Shown here: positions 55,233 through 64,000 of the stretch, piece by piece
How positions within the stretch are numbered: position 1 is the stretch's first letter
Layout: every line of letters begins with the position of its first letter
Origin: an uncultured Gemmatimonadales bacterium
GTDB taxonomy: Bacteria > Gemmatimonadota > Gemmatimonadetes > Gemmatimonadales > GWC2-71-9
Length of the DNA stretch: 64,000 nucleotides
Direction: 5' to 3'
Assembly: GCA_963844035.1 (NCBI GenBank)
Contig: CAWJMT010000010.1
Coordinates: 1-64,000 of the forward strand
Notes under the pieces: generated by a model
The model's database searches: none
Told to the model about the DNA's origin: nothing
Seen by the model: the letters and a program-made list of their open reading frames with translations, nothing else
Position numbers and translations under genes: made by a program

Positions 55233-55892
55233 CTAGGTTCCCGTCGAGTAGGTGCGACCCTGCAAGTCCTCGGTCTTCTCTCCCTTGAAGATCCAGACCT
55301 TGACCCCGATGGTGCCGTACGTGGTCTTGGCGGTCGACATGGCGAAGTCGACGTCGGCGCGCAGCGTGTGCAGCGGCACGCGGCCCTCGTGATAGCCCTC
55401 GGTGCGCGCGATTTCCGCGCCGCCCAGGCGGCCGGCCGTCTTGATCTTGATCCCCTGCGCGCCCATCCGCATGGCGCTCTGCACCGCGCGCTTCATGGCG
55501 CGGCGGAACGAGATGCGCTGGGTGAGCTGATGGGCGACGCTGTCGCCCACGAGCTGGGCATCGAGCTCGGGCCGCTTGATCTCTTCCACGTTGATGCCGA
55601 CTTCCTTGCCGGTGAGCTGCGTCAGCTCGTCGCGCAGCTTGTCGACTTCCGCGCCGCGCTTCCCGATCACGACGCCCGGCCGGCCGGTGTGCACCGTCAC
55701 GGTGACCTTCCCCGGCTTGCGCTCGATATGGATATCGGCGATCGCCGCGTGGGAGAGGCGCGTCTTCAGGTACTTCCGGATGAGCTCGTCTTCCTTGAGC
55801 AGCTCCGGAAAATTCCTGCGAGCGTAGTAGCGGGAGCGCCACGGCTTGACGATCCCGAGCCGGAACCCATACGGATGTGTTTTCTGGCCCAC
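55233..55892 (-). CDS. rpsC: 30S ribosomal protein S3
   Basis: [32 protein letters not shown]. Confidence 0.97.
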   Translation of the reverse strand: MGQKTHPYGFRLGIVKPWRSRYYARRNFPELLKEDELIRKYLKTRLSHAAIADIHIERKPGKVTVTVHTGRPGVVIGKRGAEVDKLRDELTQLTGKEVGINVEEIKRPELDAQLVGDSVAHQLTQRISFRRAMKRAVQSAMRMGAQGIKIKTAGRLGGAEIARTEGYHEGRVPLHTLRADVDFAMSTAKTTYGTIGVKVWIFKGEKTEDLQGRTYSTGT

Positions 55893-55893
55893 G

Positions 55894-56367
55894 TTACTTC
55901 TTTCCTTTCTTGGCCTTGGCGCCTTGGCCCGCCGGAGCGCCGGTGCCTTCTTGGCTCCTTCGTCCCTTCTTCTTCTCGGCCGCCGCCGCCGGAGCGGACG
56001 AGCCTTCGGCGCGGGCGCCGGCATCGGGCGCGACGCGAATCTCGATGTGGCTGGTGCGCTTCATGATCGGTGTCGCGCGCCCCATCGCCGCCGAGCCGAA
56101 CCGCTTCAGGGTCTGGCCTTCGTTCACGATCGCGTACCGCACCCGCAGGCGGTCCACGTCCAGCGGCTCGTTCTTCCGCAGCGCCTTCTGCTCGCAGTTG
56201 GCCACGGCCGACTTGAGCACCTTGTGGATCTGCTTGGCGGCGCGCTTCTTCGAGAACTTCAGGATCGCGTACGCCTCCGGCACGGCGCGCCCCCGGATCA
56301 GGTCGATCACGAGGCGCATCTTCCGCGCCGACTGGCGCACGGTCCGCTGAATCGCTCGGGCTTCCAT
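55894..56367 (-). CDS. rplV: 50S ribosomal protein L22 with Ala/Lys-rich C-terminal tail
   Basis: [25 protein letters not shown]. Confidence 0.97.
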   Translation of the reverse strand: MEARAIQRTVRQSARKMRLVIDLIRGRAVPEAYAILKFSKKRAAKQIHKVLKSAVANCEQKALRKNEPLDVDRLRVRYAIVNEGQTLKRFGSAAMGRATPIMKRTSHIEIRVAPDAGARAEGSSAPAAAAEKKKGRRSQEGTGAPAGQGAKAKKGKK

Positions 56368-56370
56368 GAC

Positions 56371-56676
56371 TTATGCCGGCGGCGGGGCGGCTTCGGCCTC
56401 ACGCTCGGCCGCCGAACCCTTGGCGCTGTGACCGCGGAACAGCCGCGTCGCGGCGAACTCGCCGAGTTTGTGGCCGACCATGTTCTCCGTGACGTACACC
56501 GGGATGAACTTGTTCCCGTTGTGCACCGCCAGCGTGTGGCCGACGAAATCGGGCGTGATGGTGCTGCGCCGCGACCAGGTCTTGAACACCTTCTTCTCGT
56601 TGCGCTCGTTCAGGATCCGGATCTTCTCGAGCAGCTGCTCCTCGACGTACGGACCCTTCTTGACCGAACGTCCCAT
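56371..56676 (-). CDS. rpsS: 30S ribosomal protein S19
   Basis: [24 protein letters not shown]. Confidence 0.97.
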   Translation of the reverse strand: MGRSVKKGPYVEEQLLEKIRILNERNEKKVFKTWSRRSTITPDFVGHTLAVHNGNKFIPVYVTENMVGHKLGEFAATRLFRGHSAKGSAAEREAEAAPPPA

Positions 56677-57515
56677 TACTGGGTCGCTTTCCCGCGGCGA
56701 CGGCCGCGTACGATGAGTTTCGTCGACGCCTTCTTCTTATGCCGGGTCTTCTTGCCCTCGACCTTGCCCCACGGGCGACGTCGGTGGACGGCCGCCCGAG
56801 CTCTTGCCCTCGCCGCCGCCCAGCGGATGGTCGACCGGGTTCATCGCGACGCCGCGCACGCGGGGCCGGCGCCCGAGCCAGCGCGTCTTGCCCGCTTTGC
56901 CGACGGAGAGCAGCTCGTGCTCCGCGTTCCCGACCTCGCCGATCGTGGCGAGGCACTCGCCCCGCACCATGCGCATTTCGGTCGATCGCATGCGCAGCGT
57001 CGCGTAGTTCCCTTCCTTGGCCACGACCTGCACGCCGGTCCCGGCCGAGCGGCACAGCTGGGCGCCGCGGCCGATCTTCAGCTCGACGTTGTGCACCGTG
57101 GTGCCGAGCGGGATTTCGAACAGCGGCATGGTGTTGCCGATCCGGATGTCCGATCCGGGGCCGGAGACGACCTTGTCGCCGACGCTGAGGCCCTTGGGCG
57201 CCAGGATGTAGCGCTTCTCGCCGTCCGCGTACACCAGCAGCGCGATGCGCGCCGTGCGGTTCGGGTCGTACTCGATGGCCGTCACCTTCGCCGGGATGCC
57301 GAACTTTTCGCGCCGGAAGTCGATCCGGCGGTACTGGCGCTTGTGCCCGCCGCCCTGGTGCCGGTGGTGACGTGGCCCTTGTTGTTGCGGCCGCCCGTCC
57401 GCCGCAGCGGCTCGAGCAGCGAGCGCTCCGGCTCGGTCTTCGTGATCTCGGAGAAGTCCGACACCGAGCGGAACCGCGTGGCCGGGGTGACCGGCTTGAA
57501 CTGTCGAATGCCCAT
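56676..57515 (-). CDS. rplB: 50S ribosomal protein L2, frameshifted
   Basis: [37 protein letters not shown]. Confidence 0.97.
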
Positions 57516-57516
57516 A

Positions 57517-57804
57517 TCAGCCCTCGAAGACCTCGATCGCGTCGCCCTCTTTGAGCGTCACGATGGCCTTCTTCCAGGACGACCGCCGGCCGACGTGCTG
57601 CCCCATCGAGCGCCGCTTGGCGCGCACCACCAGCGTGCGGACGTCGGTGACCGTCACCTTGAACAACGTTTCAATCGCTCCCTTGATCTGCGGCTTGGTC
57701 GCGTCGGGGAGGACGCGGAACGCGTACTCCTTGCGCGCCGACCACGCCGCCGACGACTTCTCGGTGACGATGGGCGCGACGATGATCTGATGCATATCAG
57801 GCAT
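57517..57804 (-). CDS. rplW: 50S ribosomal protein L23
   Basis: [28 protein letters not shown]. Confidence 0.97.
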   Translation of the reverse strand: MPDMHQIIVAPIVTEKSSAAWSARKEYAFRVLPDATKPQIKGAIETLFKVTVTDVRTLVVRAKRRSMGQHVGRRSSWKKAIVTLKEGDAIEVFEG

Positions 57805-58444
57805 CGTCGGTCTCCGCCGCGTGCGCAGCGTTCGCGCCGAGCGCCGGCAGCTCCACGATCACCGACTTGGCCCAGAGGATCTCGTACGCGGTGGCGTCCG
57901 AGAAGCGCAGCACGCGCACGCCGGGCAGGTTGCGGCCCGACAGATACACGTTGTGCGCCCGCTCGTCGCCCGCCGTCAGCACGAGCACGTTCTGATCCGC
58001 CACCCCCAGCTTCGCGAGCAGCTCCGCCAGCACCTTGGTCTTCGGCTTCTCGTACGCCAGCAGATCCACCACGAACAGCGCCTCTTCGCGCGCCCGGGCA
58101 TTGAGGGCGGACTTCTTCGCGAGCTGGCGCATCTTCTTGGGGATCCCCAGGCGATAGTCTCTGGGGTGCGGGCCGAACACGATGCCGCCGTGCCGCCAGT
58201 GGGGCGCCCGCGTCGAACCCTGGCGCGCGCGACCGGTGCCCTTTTGCCGCCAGGGCTTCTGGTTGCCGCCCGAGACGAAGGCGCGGGTCTTGGTCGGAGT
58301 GCGTGCCCTGGCGCTGGTTCGCGAGGTACGTGACGACGGCGCGGTGCAGCACGTCCTCGTTCACGGTGCCGTCGAACAGCATTTCGGGCAGCGCACGGCC
58401 TTCTTCTTGGCGCCGGCGGCCGAGAAATGCGGGGCCTCAATCAT
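57797..58444 (-). CDS. rplD: 50S ribosomal protein L4, frameshifted
   Basis: [30 protein letters not shown]. Confidence 0.95.
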
Positions 58445-59058
58445 GGCGGCTGCGCCCTCCCTGTTTGCGCACGGTGAGCAGGCCGTTCACCGACCCCGGC
58501 ACCGCGCCGCGGACGAACAGCAGGTTGCGCTCGGCATCCACCCGGACCACCATGAGGCCCAATTCGGTGGTGCGGCGCGCGCCCATATGCCCCGGCATGC
58601 GCTTCCCCTTGATGATGCGCGACGGATCGGTGCCGGGAGCGATCGATCCGGGCTTGCGGTGCCGCGTGTTGCCGTGGGTCGCCGGGCCGCCGTGGAAGTG
58701 GTAGCGATGCACCACGCCCTGGAACCCGCGCCCCTTCGAGATCCCGGTCACTTTGACGCGGTCTCCCGGGGCGAAGATCGCCACGGTGATCGTCTCGCCC
58801 GCTTTGGGCGGCTCGCCGTTCAGGGGGAAGCTCCGCAGCATCGCGGTGGGCGGTGTCGAGCCCGGCGCGCTTCACGTGCCCCAGCAGCGCCTTCGGCGTC
58901 CGCTTGGCTTTCCGCGTCTCGAAGCCGATCTGCACGTCGGTCGCCCGCACCTGCACCACGGAGCACGGCCCCGCCCCGATCACCGTGACGGGCACGTGCA
59001 CCCCGTCCTCGGCGAAGATGCGAGTCATCCCCAGTTTTCTGCCGATCAGCGCGTCCAT
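58437..59058 (-). CDS. rplC: 50S ribosomal protein L3, frameshifted
   Basis: [25 protein letters not shown]. Confidence 0.95.
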
Positions 59059-59070
59059 GCCTGCCGCCCC

Positions 59071-59379
59071 CTACTGCACTTTGATTTCGACGTCGACGCC
59101 CGCCGGCAGATCGAGCTTCGTCAGCGCGTCTACCGTTTGCGAGCGGGTGTCGAGAATGTCGATCAGCCGCTTGTGCGTCTTCAGCTCGAACTGCTCGCGG
59201 CTCTTCTTGTCGATGTGCGGGCTGCGCAGCACCGTCCACATCTGCCGCTTGGTGGGCAGGGGAATCGGCCCCGACACCTGCGCGCCGGTCTTCTCGGCGG
59301 TGCGCACGATGTCGGCCGCGGCCTGATCGATCAGCGCGTGGTCGAATGCTTTCAAGCGAATCCGGATTCTACCGGCCAT
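59071..59379 (-). CDS. rpsJ: 30S ribosomal protein S10
   Basis: [25 protein letters not shown]. Confidence 0.98.
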   Translation of the reverse strand: MAGRIRIRLKAFDHALIDQAAADIVRTAEKTGAQVSGPIPLPTKRQMWTVLRSPHIDKKSREQFELKTHKRLIDILDTRSQTVDALTKLDLPAGVDVEIKVQ

Positions 59380-59392
59380 TGGTGCTCCGTTG

Positions 59393-59473
59393 TAAGACGC
59401 TAAGTCGCTAAGTCGCTAAGTCGCTAAGTCGCTACGTCGTCCTTGCCGTCTTAGCGTCTTACCGTCTTAGCGT

Positions 59474-59476
<3 letters not shown>
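59393..59476. repeat. inverted array of 8-bp tandem repeats
   Basis: TAAG[AT]CGC x5-6, then GTCTTA[GC]C x3, between tuf and rpsJ. Confidence 0.85.
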
Positions 59477-60674
<1,198 letters not shown>

Positions 60675-60697
60675 TGTCTGTCTTTCCTTGCTCAACT

Positions 60698-60770
60698 GCG
60701 GTGTCAGGTGTCGGGTGTCAGGTGTCAGGGAAGTGCCGGCTGACACCTGGCACCTGACACCTGACACCGC
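60698..60770. repeat. inverted array of 7-bp tandem repeats (long hairpin)
   Basis: GC-(GGTGTC[AG])x4-G-loop-C-(TG[AG]CACC)x4-GC between fusA and tuf. Confidence 0.9.
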
Positions 60771-60776
60771 CTTTGT

Positions 60777-62876
<2,100 letters not shown>

Positions 62877-62900
62877 TGCCTTCCTTTGTCCAGCAAAAAT

Positions 62901-63037
62901 GCGGGGCGACCGGGTCGCCCGCGAACGGGCCGGTCTCGCTCCGCCGTCATCCGGGGACGACGCGCCCCCTGGATGCAGGATCCCTTACAGCAGGGTCCCG
63001 GATTGTCGGTCATGGGGCACGGCGTACCGTGCCCGTA
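62901..63037. repeat. REP-like palindromes in the rpsG-fusA spacer
   Basis: GCGGGGCGACCGGGTCGCCCGC and GGGCACGG-CGTA-CCGTGCCC. Confidence 0.55.
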
Positions 63038-63048
63038 AATTCAGTCGC

Positions 63049-63519
63049 CTACCACCGATAGTGCGCGAAGGCGCGGTTCGCCTCCGCCATACGATGCGTG
63101 TCTTCCTTCTTCTTGATCGACTCGCCTTCACCCTTCGAGGCGAGGATCACTTCGGCCGCCAGGCGCTCGGACATCGTCTTCTCGCGCCGCGACCGGCTGT
63201 ACTGGATCAGCCATCGCATGCCGAGCGCGGTGCGCCGCTCGGGCCGGACTTCGACCGGAACCTGATAGGTCGCGCCGCCCACGCGCCGCGACTTGACCTC
63301 GAGCGACGGCTTCACGTTCGACAGCGCCTGCTTGAACACGTTCACGCCCGGCTGTCCGGTGCGTTGCTCGATCAGGTCCATCGCGTCGTAGAAGATCCGC
63401 TCGCCCACCGACTTCTTGCCGTCCGTCATCAGATTATTGAGAAACTTGGAGACGGTCTGGCTGTCGTAGCGTGGATCGGGCGGCACGGGCCGCCGGACCG
63501 CCTTCTTGCGCCGGCTCAC
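63049..63519 (-). CDS. rpsG: 30S ribosomal protein S7
   Basis: [27 protein letters not shown]. Confidence 0.98.
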   Translation of the reverse strand: MSRRKKAVRRPVPPDPRYDSQTVSKFLNNLMTDGKKSVGERIFYDAMDLIEQRTGQPGVNVFKQALSNVKPSLEVKSRRVGGATYQVPVEVRPERRTALGMRWLIQYSRSRREKTMSERLAAEVILASKGEGESIKKKEDTHRMAEANRAFAHYRW

Positions 63520-63902
63520 GAGGCTGCCGCCTTCTTCGGCCGCTTGGCGCCGTACTTCGAGCGCGACTGCTTGCGCTCGTTCACGCCCGCGGCGTCGAGG
63601 GTTCCGCGAATGATGTGATACCGCACGCCCGGGAGATCTTTTACGCGGCCGCCGCGGATCATCACGATCGAGTGCTCCTGCAGATTATGTCCCTCGCCCG
63701 GAATGTACGCCGTCACCTCGAAGCCATTGGTCAGCCGGACACGCGCGACCTTCCGCAACGCCGAGTTCGGCTTCTTCGGCGTGGTGGTGTACACGCGCGT
63801 GCACACGCCCCGCTTCTGTGGATTGCTGCGCAGGGCGGGCGCCTTTTCCTTCTTCTCGACATCCTTGCGCCCTTTGCGCACGAGCTGATTGATGGTCGGC
63901 AT
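63516..63902 (-). CDS. rpsL: 30S ribosomal protein S12
   Basis: [32 protein letters not shown]. Confidence 0.98.
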   Translation of the reverse strand: MPTINQLVRKGRKDVEKKEKAPALRSNPQKRGVCTRVYTTTPKKPNSALRKVARVRLTNGFEVTAYIPGEGHNLQEHSIVMIRGGRVKDLPGVRYHIIRGTLDAAGVNERKQSRSKYGAKRPKKAAAS

Positions 63903-64000
63903 AAGCTCCAAAAAAAGTTCCAAAACAGAGGCGGAAGGTAGCCGCGGGATTGCACTTAGGTCAACCCCTGCGACGTGGCGGCAGCGTCGGGTGAGGCAGC

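Overview
This window is not one contiguous genome. It joins about six unrelated pieces of indel-rich (uncorrected long-read or metagenomic) sequence, with junctions near 8740, 17937, 19557, 22549 and 29735-29795. Many genes are split by single-base frameshifts, so coordinates for those genes are approximate. (1) 1-8740: high-GC actinobacterium-like genes, including an IdeR/DtxR box in front of a PepSY-TM gene. (2) 8740-17937: sulfur-oxidiser-like proteobacterial cluster with an orphan Cas6/Cmx6-like gene, a double TusA, a DsrC/TusE lacking the C-terminal Cys, a TauD-like gene and a GalT/APAT-like gene. (3) 17937-19557: RND permease fragment. (4) 19557-22549: ~50% GC tandem 270-bp repeats coding 90-aa HYR-like domains. 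(5) 22549-29735: planctomycete-like genes. (6) 29795-64000: probable Gemmatimonadota segment. It carries the str-S10-spc ribosomal cluster, followed by an integron whose integrase points toward its cassettes (intI, BrnT/BrnA, candidate attI, an IS30-interrupted first cassette, one intact attC) and ~12 kb of cassette-like genes. The most striking signal is in that array. The loop of the intact attC contains a TAGAAT-N7-GTG motif (a -10 box plus leaderless start). The same motif survives in several otherwise destroyed attC remnants, and in two of them its GTG is the start codon of the next gene. This suggests attC sites carrying their own promoter that are kept as promoters after recombination function is lost.
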